A stretch of 64,000 nt of DNA from a virus. Lineage: Duplodnaviria; Caudoviricetes. The translations under genes were made by a program, and so were the position numbers. The DNA is taken from positions 17,144-81,143 of IMG/VR virus record IMGVR_UViG_3300048623_000062; one strand, written 5' to 3'. The notes below the pieces were generated by a model. It ran no database searches and was not told the origin of the DNA. It was given only the letters and a program-made list of their open reading frames with translations. Each line of letters begins with the position of its first letter. Position 1 is the stretch's first letter. This document shows, piece after piece, positions 9,872 through 19,616 of the stretch.

Positions 9872-10321
9872 TCACCGGCCTCCTTTGCGCATGAGGAACA
9901 CGACACCCACGACGCCAGCGATCAAAAGGAGCGTCGACCTCGACATCCCACCAATCTGGTCGTCGCCGGACGCGGCGGGCAGCCCCAGCGCGTCGGCCAT
10001 GCCGGAGACGGCGTTCGTAATCTCGGCCATGCGAGACGACACGAACGAGACCGGGTTGGCGAATGCGGCGTTTGCCGCCTCGATCGCTAGGCGCGAACCC
10101 TCGTCGTGGAACTGCGTGAACGAGTCGGTCGCCTTCCGCTGATAGATCAGGACCGCGGCCATCGCGAGCTCGGGCGTAACCTGGTTGCCGACCGGCAGCG
10201 GCGCGGTGATGAACTGGTACGGCACCTTCGCGGCCATGAACCGATTGACCTGGCGCGCCAAAACAGCGGCCGGGCCGGTGGCCTGGACACTGTCATCTCC
10301 CATGGGGCGCAGGTAAGTCAT
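9872..10321 (-). CDS. TM-anchored virion protein
   Basis: MTYLRPMGDD; C-terminal TM + RKGGR. Confidence 0.75.
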   Translation of the reverse strand: MTYLRPMGDDSVQATGPAAVLARQVNRFMAAKVPYQFITAPLPVGNQVTPELAMAAVLIYQRKATDSFTQFHDEGSRLAIEAANAAFANPVSFVSSRMAEITNAVSGMADALGLPAASGDDQIGGMSRSTLLLIAGVVGVVFLMRKGGR

Positions 10322-10325
10322 GGGC

Positions 10326-10949
10326 TTAGAGGTTCGTGATGCGGTAGCCGATGAGGTCGACGTGCAGCGTGCCTTCGGTGGGAGGGACGGCGCTGTTCCA
10401 GGTGAAGGCGAGGTAGTTCGGGCGGAACACGATCGTCGCGTTCGGCGACCACATGGTCGGGACCGGACACGGCACGATGTTGTCGGGCCGAGAGAACAGC
10501 GGGCCGCGCGGCGCGTTCTGCATGTTGCGCTGCGCGCCGCCGTCCTGCATCTCGTACATGAGATCGATGATGTCGGTGCCGACCTGCTGCGTCGGTAGCG
10601 GGAAGGTGGACACCGGGCGCCACCGGCCGAGGTTCGTGGCGCCGCTCGGCCCGCTCGGCCGCCATAGCGCCATCGGATAGTGCGTCATGATAAACGGGCC
10701 ATCCTGCGACACCGTGATGATGATCGGCGCGCCAGCCTGGCCCTCATCGGAGGCGGTGAAGGTGACCTCGCCAGCGAGCACGCTCTCGATGCGGCGCCCC
10801 GGGATCCGGTCGATCTCTTCCTGGACCGAGGCCGGGCGCTCGTTGAGTTGGTTGAATGCCTGGGCCAGTTGACCGATCTGCGCCTGCAGAGTGGTCAGCG
10901 CGGTCTTGTGGCTGCGGAGGATCGCGGCTTCGGCTTGCGACAGTGCCAT
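10326..10949 (-). CDS. candidate single-jelly-roll capsid protein 2 with N-terminal coiled coil
   Basis: Heptad N-terminus then about 160 aa of beta-strand pattern ending LHVDLIGYRI; adjacent to capsid candidate 1. Confidence 0.55.
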   Translation of the reverse strand: MALSQAEAAILRSHKTALTTLQAQIGQLAQAFNQLNERPASVQEEIDRIPGRRIESVLAGEVTFTASDEGQAGAPIIITVSQDGPFIMTHYPMALWRPSGPSGATNLGRWRPVSTFPLPTQQVGTDIIDLMYEMQDGGAQRNMQNAPRGPLFSRPDNIVPCPVPTMWSPNATIVFRPNYLAFTWNSAVPPTEGTLHVDLIGYRITNL

Positions 10950-11085
10950 GTCAGGACTCCCTTTAGGTGGGGTTCCCGGAGATTCCGGGCTCGCCGAGCG
11001 AACTCGGCGGTGGGACAGACGTCTCAGATGGCAACTTCAGTTGTGGTGCCCGGCGACCTGTTCAGGAGCCGTCGGGCGGCGCGTC

Positions 11086-11661
11086 CTACTGGACGTCGCG
11101 GGTCTGGAGACCGTCGAGCATGAACATGATGTTCTTCACGTCGTCGGTCGCGCCGCTGTTGAGTTGGTCCAGCGCGCTCGTGGTGCCGATCGCGAAGAAG
11201 TCCGCCTGGGCGGCGAAGTTCTGGCGAACCGGCACGATGATCGGGCGGGCCAGCTTCAGGATCGACGCCTGCTCGGGCGTGCCGTTCGAGAACACCGACT
11301 GCGAGGAGTCGAAGCCCCACACGCCACCACCGGCCGGGAAGTACCAGCACGGCGCCTGGAACATCGGCTTGGTGCCGACGGTCAGGGTCCAGAACAACTG
11401 GCTGGTGACGTTCAGGTAGTTGTCGCGGCGGTTGGTGCCATCGAAGTACTCGAAGCACCGGATCGCCAGGATCACGTACGTCTGATCCGACGCCAACTGG
11501 CCGGCGGTCTGGAGGTTGGTCAGCGCGAGGTTGCCGATGTTCGCGTTGCCGAACAGCTTCGTCGAGTTGACGATCGGCGTGGTGGGGTCACCCGTGGTGC
11601 GGATGAGGGTGTCCCAGAGGGGCTGGTGGAGCCGCTCGCGGTATCCATGGAGACGAGGCAT
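11086..11661 (-). CDS. candidate single-jelly-roll major capsid protein 1
   Basis: 191 aa, beta-rich, no TM, central in the virion module, paralogue at 36722. Fold is inferred. Confidence 0.6.
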   Translation of the reverse strand: MPRLHGYRERLHQPLWDTLIRTTGDPTTPIVNSTKLFGNANIGNLALTNLQTAGQLASDQTYVILAIRCFEYFDGTNRRDNYLNVTSQLFWTLTVGTKPMFQAPCWYFPAGGGVWGFDSSQSVFSNGTPEQASILKLARPIIVPVRQNFAAQADFFAIGTTSALDQLNSGATDDVKNIMFMLDGLQTRDVQ

Positions 11662-11786
11662 CTGTTTGTCCTTGCTATGTACGTTTGGTTCGGTGAGGGG
11701 CTGGAAGAATCTCCGGCGGTCACCAGGCGGGGGTCGCCCGCCGCATCTCAGATGTCGTGTCCGCGGGTGAACCGCGGGTAAGGCGA

Positions 11787-13097
11787 TCAGCCGCCGAACT
11801 TGCCGGCGAAGATGCCGTTGTAGAGTTGGCCCGGGTTGTCGTAGCTCGTACCGGCGGCCGGGATCTGCTTGGTGAACGACCTCGCCGGCACGGGCGCGAG
11901 GAACGACTGCGTCGGCACCGGCGCGAGCAGGTTGCCACCGCCACCCATGAGGCCGCCCATCGTGCCGCCGAGCTCCTCTTCGACGCCGAGTTCCTCCTCG
12001 AGGCCGAGCTCTTCCTCGACGCCATCACCGACCGCGATGTAGTCGGACAGCGTCATGCTGTCATTGATGGGCGTCGCGCCGACCGCGATGTAGTCGCCCA
12101 TCTGGACGTAGTCGGACAGGCCGATCATCGACTTGACGCTCGCCGGAGCGAACGATCGGATGATGGACTCGAGCGCGCCCAGGCCGGTGCCCAGCAGGAT
12201 GGCGTTCTTGTGCTTCGCCAGGAACCCCACCTTGCCAGCGCCCCAGTTCGCGAGCGCCATCGCACCGACCGACAGCACCGGGCCGGCGGCCGTACCGAGG
12301 AACGTCGCGCGCGCCGCGACCGAGCTCACGACGAACTTGCTGCCGTACAGCGCGGCGAACACCGGGATGGCGCTCTTGGCGATGTCGATCAGCCCCCCGA
12401 ACATGCCGGGGTTGCGACGGTAGCGGCGGTGGCCACCACGGCGCATGCGCCGCGCGCCACGGCGGCGGCGCCGCACGGACCCACGCCGACGACGCCGGCT
12501 GCGCCGCCGTCCCGGGTTCGAGGCGTACGCGCCGGGGTGCGGAACACGGAGGGTGCGGGCGCTATGCGCCGAGTGCGTGCGCGTACTGCGCCGCGTGCGC
12601 GAGCTCTTGCGGCGCCGACGACGGCGCTTCGGAGCGCTCGCCTTGCGTGCGCGGCGCCGACGACGGCGCTTCGGAGCGCTCGCCTTGCGTGCGCGGCGCC
12701 GACGGGTCCGGCCGATGCCGCCGACCTTGCCGGCCTTCCGACGAGCTGCCCAGCGCCGCTTCATGGCGCGAGACCGCTTCGATGATTTCTTCCGCTTCGC
12801 CATAGTAGCTTTGCTCCTGCGGGCTCGACGGCCACGCTTTGTGCTGGTCGACTTGTGCGCGCGCCTGCGCTTGCGAGTTGGACTCTTCTTGGATGCGCGG
12901 CGGGCCTTCCAATACCGCGCAAGCGCGGCGGGCTGCCGGCGCTTCCTGCGCGACCCGCCGGCTTTAAGATGCGCCAGGTAGCGCTTGGATAGCGCGCGCC
13001 GCTTTCGGCGGGCTGGGTTCTTGATCACCGCTCTGCCGCGGACCCGAAGCCCGCGACGCTTACCGTTGACGAAGAGGATGCCCACCTGATCGGACAT
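11787..13097 (-). CDS. Arg/Lys-rich core (DNA-condensing-like) membrane protein
   Basis: Very basic N-terminal half with NP motifs (KNPARR, SNPGRR, RRNPG), hydrophobic helices, acidic EEELG repeats. Confidence 0.7.
   Translation of the reverse strand: MSDQVGILFVNGKRRGLRVRGRAVIKNPARRKRRALSKRYLAHLKAGGSRRKRRQPAALARYWKARRASKKSPTRKRRRAHKSTSTKRGRRARRSKATMAKRKKSSKRSRAMKRRWAARRKAGKVGGIGRTRRRRARKASAPKRRRRRRARKASAPKRRRRRRKSSRTRRSTRTHSAHSARTLRVPHPGAYASNPGRRRSRRRRRGSVRRRRRGARRMRRGGHRRYRRNPGMFGGLIDIAKSAIPVFAALYGSKFVVSSVAARATFLGTAAGPVLSVGAMALANWGAGKVGFLAKHKNAILLGTGLGALESIIRSFAPASVKSMIGLSDYVQMGDYIAVGATPINDSMTLSDYIAVGDGVEEELGLEEELGVEEELGGTMGGLMGGGGNLLAPVPTQSFLAPVPARSFTKQIPAAGTSYDNPGQLYNGIFAGKFGG
12609..12704. 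repeat. 42-bp tandem repeat (about 2.3 copies) encoding RRARKASAPKRRRR
   Basis: Seen in sequence. Confidence 0.85.
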
Positions 13098-13117
13098 CGA
13101 GGGTGGACATACTTAAG

Positions 13118-13372
13118 TCAACCCCCTATTTCGTCTTTCTTGCCACTGTCGTGACCGTCATCGGTCGGCAAGAAATCGCGCAGGACGATCACGAGACTGT
13201 CCTCATCGTCCAGCTTTTGATAGCTGCCAGGCTGGGTTAGACCGTCCAGCGCTTTGGATAGTTGGTCGGCGGCACGGCCGATGCTCAAGTACGCGTCGAT
13301 GGCACGGACGCACGCGGGGGATGCGCTGAGTTCTTGGCCGCCGCTACCCTCGGCAAATCTGACGAACGACAT
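13118..13372 (-). CDS. hypothetical protein
   Basis: ORF track, operon context. Confidence 0.55.
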   Translation of the reverse strand: MSFVRFAEGSGGQELSASPACVRAIDAYLSIGRAADQLSKALDGLTQPGSYQKLDDEDSLVIVLRDFLPTDDGHDSGKKDEIGG

Positions 13373-13891
13373 CTAGATATCCTTCCGTCGCCCGGTTAGG
13401 CGATCGCTGATCTTGCGAAGTGCGTTGCCGAGTTTCTCGTCGGCATCTGCGGCGGTCTTCGCGACGGTCTCCATGTTCTGGATGTACTCGCGGCGCTGGA
13501 TGTTCTCCGCCTCGCGGGCGTCCTCGTAGAGCTTGCGGAGGTTTTCCGCCTCGCGGTGCGCGTACTCGGCGCGGAGCCGGTCATGGATGCCGTCGAGTCG
13601 AACGCGCTCCGCGGCCCACACCTCGCGCTCCTTGGCGTGATCGATGATGGCCTGATGTCGCGCCCCCTCGACTTCGGATATCCGCTTGCTGTGGGCGGTG
13701 GAAAGCGTCTCGAGTTGCTTGGCGTGCTCGGCGTCGAGTTTCTCGCGCGACTCCTCAGACTTCGCCATGCGGCCCGCGTAGTGCTTGAACAAAAAACCGA
13801 CTGTCAGGGCTAGCGCGGTGACGGCGACGATCAGCGCGGAGTCGAGCGTGGACAGGGTGGACGGGTCGATATTCGGTGTCAGCGGGGTCAT
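13373..13891 (-). CDS. N-terminal TM plus coiled-coil protein
   Basis: Start MTPLTP inferred. Confidence 0.65.
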   Translation of the reverse strand: MTPLTPNIDPSTLSTLDSALIVAVTALALTVGFLFKHYAGRMAKSEESREKLDAEHAKQLETLSTAHSKRISEVEGARHQAIIDHAKEREVWAAERVRLDGIHDRLRAEYAHREAENLRKLYEDAREAENIQRREYIQNMETVAKTAADADEKLGNALRKISDRLTGRRKDI

Positions 13892-14412
13892 CCGTCGATT
13901 CCTCTCGGGTAGACGCCAAGCCCGCCGCCCCACATCATCGCGATCACCTTCGTGCGCGCCTCGATCACGATCAGGCAGTTGCCATCCGGCGTGGCGTAGA
14001 GCTCGGGATAGCCGCCCTTGCGGGTGGCGCGCATCTCCTGCTTGAACCCATCGGGCATCTCGTACGAGAAGCCCAGGTTGATACCCAGACGGGTGAGCGC
14101 CGTGGCGTCGCGGAACTTCGCGGGCACATCCACCGCCGGACCGCCATCGGCATCCGCCGACGTGGGCAGGTACGTGTTCACGCCCGCGTCGTGCTCGTGG
14201 ATGTAGTTGACCGGAGACCTGGGCTTGCGCAGTGTCTCCGGGTCGACCTTGGGCGAGCGGTAGGTCACCCACAGCGCCTTGCCAGCTCGGTACATGGTGC
14301 GCGGCATCTCGAATCCGCGACCGACGATGATGCGTTTGTGCCCGTAGCGGTGGAACTCCTCGTACTTGAGGATCGCCGCGTCGAGATCTTCGTTGTCATC
14401 GTCGTCGTGCAT
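13888..14412 (-). CDS. hypothetical protein
   Basis: Start MHDDDD inferred, overlapping stop/start. Confidence 0.65.
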   Translation of the reverse strand: MHDDDDNEDLDAAILKYEEFHRYGHKRIIVGRGFEMPRTMYRAGKALWVTYRSPKVDPETLRKPRSPVNYIHEHDAGVNTYLPTSADADGGPAVDVPAKFRDATALTRLGINLGFSYEMPDGFKQEMRATRKGGYPELYATPDGNCLIVIEARTKVIAMMWGGGLGVYPRGIDG

Positions 14413-14414
14413 GA

Positions 14415-15140
14415 TCAGTCCTTGGCGAGGTACCGCTCCCACAGCAAGTACCCGCCCACGACAAGCGCGGTGTACTTCAGGACTCGGTATAGGTCTGGGA
14501 GGTCGTTGGCCACCAGGACCGCGGTCTCTCCGATCGCCAGCACCGCGCCAATCAGCAGTTTTGCCGTCGACCATGCCTTGTCGAACGCGCGCTGAAAGGT
14601 GGCCAGGCTCCCGATCCACCACGGCGCGATGCACCCAACGACCGCGGCGGTTACCATGCTCGACGAGCACGTCGCGAGCGAATCGACCACCCAGCGCTTG
14701 AGGCCCTGGGCGTTGACGAGTCGGATGCCGTTCTGATCGGCGTTGTTAGCCGCAGCCAGATAGCCGAGCGACCGCTCGCCCACGCGCGCCAGGTCGTTGA
14801 CCGCGCGCATGATGCTGTCCTGCGATGCATTCGGCTCCGCGCGCGCCTGGTCGATCGCCACCTGCACGGTCCTCACCGTATCCATGACGTTGGCGACCTG
14901 CGTCCGAATCTCGTCGGGCGTATAGAACCCTGTCGGATTCCAGTTCGCCGACAAGTCGTTCACCTTGGCATCCATCGGAGCAAAGGTGGCATTCGCAAGC
15001 GCGATGCATTGCGCCTCGTCGCTGGGCCGTGTCGTCGGCAAGCCGAGATCGGCGTTGAGGTTGTTCATGAAGTCACCCCACCAGTCGCCGAGACTGGTGG
15101 GCTTGCGTAGACGCGTGCGCACTCGTCTGGTGTACGTCAT
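14415..15140 (-). CDS. helical TM-anchored virion protein
   Basis: MTYTRRVRTRLRKPTSLGDW; C-terminal TM. Confidence 0.7.
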   Translation of the reverse strand: MTYTRRVRTRLRKPTSLGDWWGDFMNNLNADLGLPTTRPSDEAQCIALANATFAPMDAKVNDLSANWNPTGFYTPDEIRTQVANVMDTVRTVQVAIDQARAEPNASQDSIMRAVNDLARVGERSLGYLAAANNADQNGIRLVNAQGLKRWVVDSLATCSSSMVTAAVVGCIAPWWIGSLATFQRAFDKAWSTAKLLIGAVLAIGETAVLVANDLPDLYRVLKYTALVVGGYLLWERYLAKD

Positions 15141-15448
15141 CGGAGAATTCTCCATGCAAGATATCCGAGCGCCGCGTACATCAGTAGCGATCGCGACGAC
15201 AGCGCTTCGTCAGACCCGTCGAGGCTCGCGACACGGCCTTGCGGCAGTTCGCCGCTGCCTACCTTCGTCGCTCCCACGGGGAGTTTCCACGACGCACGCG
15301 ACGGGGACACGCCAAAGTCGCCCTCGAGCCCCGGCCCCACAGGCTCGGGCGTCGCCTTCGACGGCGACCCGGCGTGAGTGCCGCCGGGTCCGGGCGCCTC
15401 GTAGTAGTCGTAGGCGCGCCGCGTGTAGTCGTAGACCGAGTACCGCAT
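15137..15448 (-). CDS. small TM-anchored virion protein
   Basis: MRYSVYDY...SLDG; C-terminal TM. Confidence 0.65.
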   Translation of the reverse strand: MRYSVYDYTRRAYDYYEAPGPGGTHAGSPSKATPEPVGPGLEGDFGVSPSRASWKLPVGATKVGSGELPQGRVASLDGSDEALSSRSLLMYAALGYLAWRILR

Positions 15449-15453
15449 GGGGC

Positions 15454-15801
15454 CTACCGGCGCCGCTTCTTTCCGAACATCTTCCATGCGACGAAGAGGC
15501 CAACCACGGCCAGCGTGGCCATACCGCCGGGCACCGACTCGACGATGCCGGCCAAGGCGCCACCGCCGCAGCCGCACGACCCGTGACAACTGCAGTCGCC
15601 CATCGGCGCCTGCCGCGTCACGCCGATCGGCTCGGGCGCACCGGGCGCCGGCAAGATCGTTGATCCGTCGAGCGACGTCCCCTCGAGCGAGCCGAGACCA
15701 CAGCATCCGAGCGCGGTCGCGTCGGCCGCGCGCGTCTGCTGCGGGATGCCGGTCTTCCAGTTGATGATGGAGCCACCACCGCGTTGATACGCAAACTTCA
15801 T
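15454..15801 (-). CDS. small Cys-containing TM-anchored virion protein
   Basis: GLGS and PMGD motifs; TM + KKRRR. Confidence 0.7.
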   Translation of the reverse strand: MKFAYQRGGGSIINWKTGIPQQTRAADATALGCCGLGSLEGTSLDGSTILPAPGAPEPIGVTRQAPMGDCSCHGSCGCGGGALAGIVESVPGGMATLAVVGLFVAWKMFGKKRRR

Positions 15802-16085
15802 GGGCAACCCTTCTTCTGCCCGAAGCCCTGGGCGATGGAAATTGGGACTGCGGCCACTGGCACGAGCCGACCAGCGAGCCCGTAGATGAGCGCCCAGATG
15901 ATCGACCCCGTGCGACGGTACCCGTGGTAGGTGAGCGCGATCGCGGATGCCGTCTTGACCGGCTCGCTGGTCACGGCGCGGCGCAGGCTGAACGGTTCTG
16001 GGGCGGCGTCGGCTCCGAGCCCGTTGATCCCGACCGGCGCGACCACGATGCCGCCCCCACGAGTCCTGTATCGCTGATAGCGCAT
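15798..16085 (-). CDS. small membrane protein
   Basis: MRYQRYR...NGLGAD; two hydrophobic segments. Confidence 0.65.
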   Translation of the reverse strand: MRYQRYRTRGGGIVVAPVGINGLGADAAPEPFSLRRAVTSEPVKTASAIALTYHGYRRTGSIIWALIYGLAGRLVPVAAVPISIAQGFGQKKGCP

Positions 16086-16717
16086 TACTTCCTCCCTCGC
16101 TTGCGCTTGTTCATGAGCAGGTAGCCGATGCCACCAGCCACGCCGAGCAGGGCGAGTTTTTCGATGCCGGAGAGCGCAGCCAGCGACGCCATGACGCCGG
16201 CGTCCGGTGCCACGATCGTCTTGCCGCTCTTGGTCTGGATGGTGGGCACCGAGACCGCGAGCGGCCCCGAGACCGTCGCCGGCACGCCCAGCGTATCGGC
16301 CATCGCCCGCACCTGGGCGGCCAGGACATCGACGTCGGGCGCGACGCCCATGCAGGTCGACGGGTCGCCCATCACCGAGCCGGCGGACGCCGCCTGCACG
16401 CGGCGAAACAGCGCCAGCGTCGCGGGGCCGACCGAGCCGTCCACGACGATCTTGCCGAACCCCTTGGCCTGGGCGACGCGGTTGAGTTGCCGCTGAAACT
16501 CCTGCACCACCTTGAGAGCGGGGAAGTTCATCGGCTTGCACACGCCGTTCACCGTCACGAAGTCCGCGGACGACGTGGTCGATCCGCCGTTGGCGGTCTG
16601 GTTCACGTTGTCCGACGGATCCGGCTCGACGGCCGAGAACGGTCCCAGGGCCTTGAGCAGGTCCGCGAGGCCGCCGTTGTCGTCGCCGACCGCGGAGCGA
16701 TGTGCGAGGTACGTCAT
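16085..16717 (-). CDS. peptidoglycan-binding-like domain protein, TM-anchored
   Basis: MTYLAHRSAVGDD; VQEFQRQL...VDGSVGPAT; TM + KRKRGRK. Confidence 0.7.
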   Translation of the reverse strand: MTYLAHRSAVGDDNGGLADLLKALGPFSAVEPDPSDNVNQTANGGSTTSSADFVTVNGVCKPMNFPALKVVQEFQRQLNRVAQAKGFGKIVVDGSVGPATLALFRRVQAASAGSVMGDPSTCMGVAPDVDVLAAQVRAMADTLGVPATVSGPLAVSVPTIQTKSGKTIVAPDAGVMASLAALSGIEKLALLGVAGGIGYLLMNKRKRGRK

Positions 16718-17187
16718 CGAGACCTCCGCTTCGAGAGCATGCAGTAGAGGATGTAGGCCCCGATCCCGTAGGTGACGATGCCGCCCGGAACTTCCGGCAG
16801 AAAGTCGAGCGGACCATCGACCGCAACCGGGAACGTCATCGGCTGGTAGGCCATCGCGACGGTCGGCTGGATACGGAAGCCCTTGCGCTCCGCATCGATC
16901 AGCGCCTTCACGTTGGCACCCCAGGACATTCGCTCCCAGTTCGGGCCAGCAACCTGCTCTAGAGCACGCTCAGTCGCCTCATCGAGCCGCCCGCTCACGA
17001 GCACGTCCATCGCCCCCAGCTTCCAGAGCGCTCGCTGGATCTGCTGGACGAGGATGATGATCTGGCTGGCCTTGGGGTCCGTGGTGGCCGGAGCGACCAT
17101 CATGTACGGGATGATGCCCGTAGCGTTGAAGTTCCCGACGCCGATGGCGGTCAGGAGCTCGCGCGATTCCATCGATGTCTCGCTCAT
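16714..17187 (-). CDS. peptidoglycan-binding-like domain protein, TM-anchored
   Basis: IQRALWKLG...SGRLDEATERAL; TM + KRRSR. Confidence 0.6.
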   Translation of the reverse strand: MSETSMESRELLTAIGVGNFNATGIIPYMMVAPATTDPKASQIIILVQQIQRALWKLGAMDVLVSGRLDEATERALEQVAGPNWERMSWGANVKALIDAERKGFRIQPTVAMAYQPMTFPVAVDGPLDFLPEVPGGIVTYGIGAYILYCMLSKRRSR

Positions 17188-18911
17188 GACTTCTTCTTTT
17201 TCTTGGTCAGGAGGGCCACTGCTAGCACGCCGCCGCCCGCAACCAGCACCAGCGGCAGCACTGATTTCTTAACCACGACCGGCGGCGGTGGTGGCGGCGG
17301 TGGGGCGCCGTTGCACGCGCGCGCCGCCGCGCCAGCACCGGCATTTCCGGCCGCTGCGCCCGCAGCCGGATTGCCAACATAGGCCCCGGCAACGGCCCCG
17401 GCTGCGGCGCCGACGCCTGGCGTCGAGACGAGGTCGCACGTGAGGTCGCCGACCTTGCGGACGCCATCGGCGATGGTCTTGCCAACGACATGCGAGATCG
17501 CCTGCCCGATGCCGAGCGGGTCCGCGATCTTGATGAGCGTCTGTGGAAGCTTGATGACCGTGTTGATGATCGACCCCCACGTGCTCACGTCCGGCACCTT
17601 GGACAGCCACACCCGCAACGCCTGTGGGTTCTCCGGTGACCAGTCCTTATAGTCAGTCCCAGGCCAAAAAATCATGTGCAACTGCAGGTTGTTCCCGTTG
17701 TTGGGATCCTGGAGGTATGCGACCGCCGTCCCAGGGTTGAACATATTCCTGGCCGTCAGGAGGTTCACCTTGGTTTCTGGCCCGATCCCGACTCTCGCGA
17801 GCATAGCGAGTTCTTCGGGCCGGAACGGCCGACGATGCTCGAGGTCCTTCAGGGGGCCATCCGGCTTGGTCAGCAAAAGTTCCCCGATGGCCTTCACCTG
17901 CTCATTCGTGAGCGTGCGAAGGTCGCGGGCCGCAAAATCCGGCTTGCGGCCACCTCGGTCAAGGTGCAGCGGCTGTCCCGATCCGGCGGCCACCGTAGGG
18001 CTCTGAAAGTTCATTCCGCCGATCGAGAACGTTCCCGGCGGTGGCGGTGGCTCTGAGATGCCGCCCGGCGCACCGGTGCTCTTGGTGACGGTCCACGGTG
18101 TCCCGTCCGCCTTGCATGGCATCGGATTCGGGGCCACGCCCACGCGCACACGCACGAGATACCCACCCTTCCCATCGTCGACCCAGTTGTATCCCTCGGG
18201 CGGCAGGCAGTTGAGGGCCGGCTTGGCCGGCGCTGCCGTGTCGCCCATCGCCCCTGGTGAACGCATGTAGCACCCCAGGCCCAGGGACGTACCAGCCTGG
18301 GGTGCGACGCGACGAGCGCCCTTGGTGACGAGCTCGGCCGTGACGCCAGCGGCCATCGCGCGCGCGATTGCCAGTGGCAAGGCGTCCGCGGGCGATACAC
18401 CATGCGCGAGGTAGCGACGAAAGATGTCCTGCGTCCGGTCGTACAGCGACTTGTCGATGCGGCCCATGATCCCGCGGAGCGCGGTCTCCTGCTGGGCGCG
18501 CGGCAGCGTCGAGATCTGCGACAGGATCGCCTGAGCCGCCTTGGCGCCGTAGGTCTCCACCGCGGGGGGCAGTGGCTCGTCGCCGCTCAGCGGCTGCACC
18601 GTGACTTGACGGCCGCCGCCCGGCAGCGGGCGAGCCGCGACGAGCTTCGGGCGCTGGTTCAGCCACGGCGGGATCTTGGGGCCGGAATACGACCCCGAGG
18701 GCTGCCACTTCGTGGTGAACGTGCCCTGCCCGTACCCTTCATCGTCGATGTACTGCGGCACGGCGAAGCCGCCGTTGCCGACGCGCGGGTCATCGTAGGT
18801 GCCGCGCGGCATCTGCTTGGTGATGAACGCGCGGCGCTCGAGGCCCTCGTCGTCCACGTTGTCCGGGATCGCGTACCCCGAGGACCATGGTGGTGGTAGG
18901 TTGTATGCCAT
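17184..18911 (-). CDS. large TM-anchored virion protein
   Basis: MAYNLP; internal SLGLG and AMGD; poly-Pro then TM + KKKKK. Confidence 0.7.
   Translation of the reverse strand: MAYNLPPPWSSGYAIPDNVDDEGLERRAFITKQMPRGTYDDPRVGNGGFAVPQYIDDEGYGQGTFTTKWQPSGSYSGPKIPPWLNQRPKLVAARPLPGGGRQVTVQPLSGDEPLPPAVETYGAKAAQAILSQISTLPRAQQETALRGIMGRIDKSLYDRTQDIFRRYLAHGVSPADALPLAIARAMAAGVTAELVTKGARRVAPQAGTSLGLGCYMRSPGAMGDTAAPAKPALNCLPPEGYNWVDDGKGGYLVRVRVGVAPNPMPCKADGTPWTVTKSTGAPGGISEPPPPPGTFSIGGMNFQSPTVAAGSGQPLHLDRGGRKPDFAARDLRTLTNEQVKAIGELLLTKPDGPLKDLEHRRPFRPEELAMLARVGIGPETKVNLLTARNMFNPGTAVAYLQDPNNGNNLQLHMIFWPGTDYKDWSPENPQALRVWLSKVPDVSTWGSIINTVIKLPQTLIKIADPLGIGQAISHVVGKTIADGVRKVGDLTCDLVSTPGVGAAAGAVAGAYVGNPAAGAAAGNAGAGAAARACNGAPPPPPPPPVVVKKSVLPLVLVAGGGVLAVALLTKKKKKS
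18368..18380. promoter_or_regulatory. palindromic operator TTGCCAGTGGCAA, copy 2 (intragenic)
   Basis: Perfect match. Confidence 0.75.
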
Positions 18912-18922
18912 TTCGTTGTCCT

Positions 18923-19540
18923 TTAGGCCGCCACCGGCCAGGTCGCCCCGGCCTTGACGCGAGAGAGCATCTGCGGGGTCTTCTCTGCCGCCACGGGGTC
19001 GAGCACGATGTGCGTGCCGGTTCGCGGCTCGAGGGCGCGCGTGAACACGTGGGAGTATTGCGGTTGCCCCTGGAAGAACATCCGCTGAAACGCGACGGTG
19101 GCGAAGTCAGCTCGACCGCCAACCGCGATCACCGCAGCTGCCAGCCAGCACGCCATGTCGTCGCAGTCGAGCGACGGCCGGTGACCGGCCATGATCTGCT
19201 TGCTGATCAGGTGGGGGGCGCGCACGAGCTCGGTGCGGCGCGGGTCGCGCATGTACCGCGTGCGCTGCAGCAGGAACTGGTACAGCGCCAGATACTCGGA
19301 CGTGTAGTCTTTGCTGTCGAGCCACTCGCAAACGATCTCGGCGAGTTGCCGCGTCTCGAAGTGGTCCGCGTCGCCCAGCACGGCGCGCCGCATGACGTCG
19401 ATGGTCTGCGGCGCGCCTGCGTACCCGATGCGCGACGTCGGCGCCTGGTCCGGGAGCCAGAATAGACGCGCCCCCCCATAGCCCATCCCCGACTGGGGGA
19501 CGAGCGGGGCGAGGCGGGCGCTATTCGGGTTGGTGGGCAA
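18923..19540 (-). CDS. transglutaminase-like Cys-His-Asp enzyme, candidate maturation protease
   Basis: RYMRDP, LDCDD, SHVF and LDP motifs. Confidence 0.8.
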   Translation of the reverse strand: MPTNPNSARLAPLVPQSGMGYGGARLFWLPDQAPTSRIGYAGAPQTIDVMRRAVLGDADHFETRQLAEIVCEWLDSKDYTSEYLALYQFLLQRTRYMRDPRRTELVRAPHLISKQIMAGHRPSLDCDDMACWLAAAVIAVGGRADFATVAFQRMFFQGQPQYSHVFTRALEPRTGTHIVLDPVAAEKTPQMLSRVKAGATWPVAA

Positions 19541-19616
19541 GCACAGCGTTCACCCGGGAAGATGAGGGCTGGCAGGAAGACGTCGTGGTCCCAGCGGCGA
19601 GTCGGCTGGGGTCGGG

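Noticed and set aside
13140-13152. Partial operator matches (13140, 29582, 55239, 57889, and 23101 and 31466 within CHWP codons)
   Set aside because: 2-4 mismatches or explained by coding; not counted.
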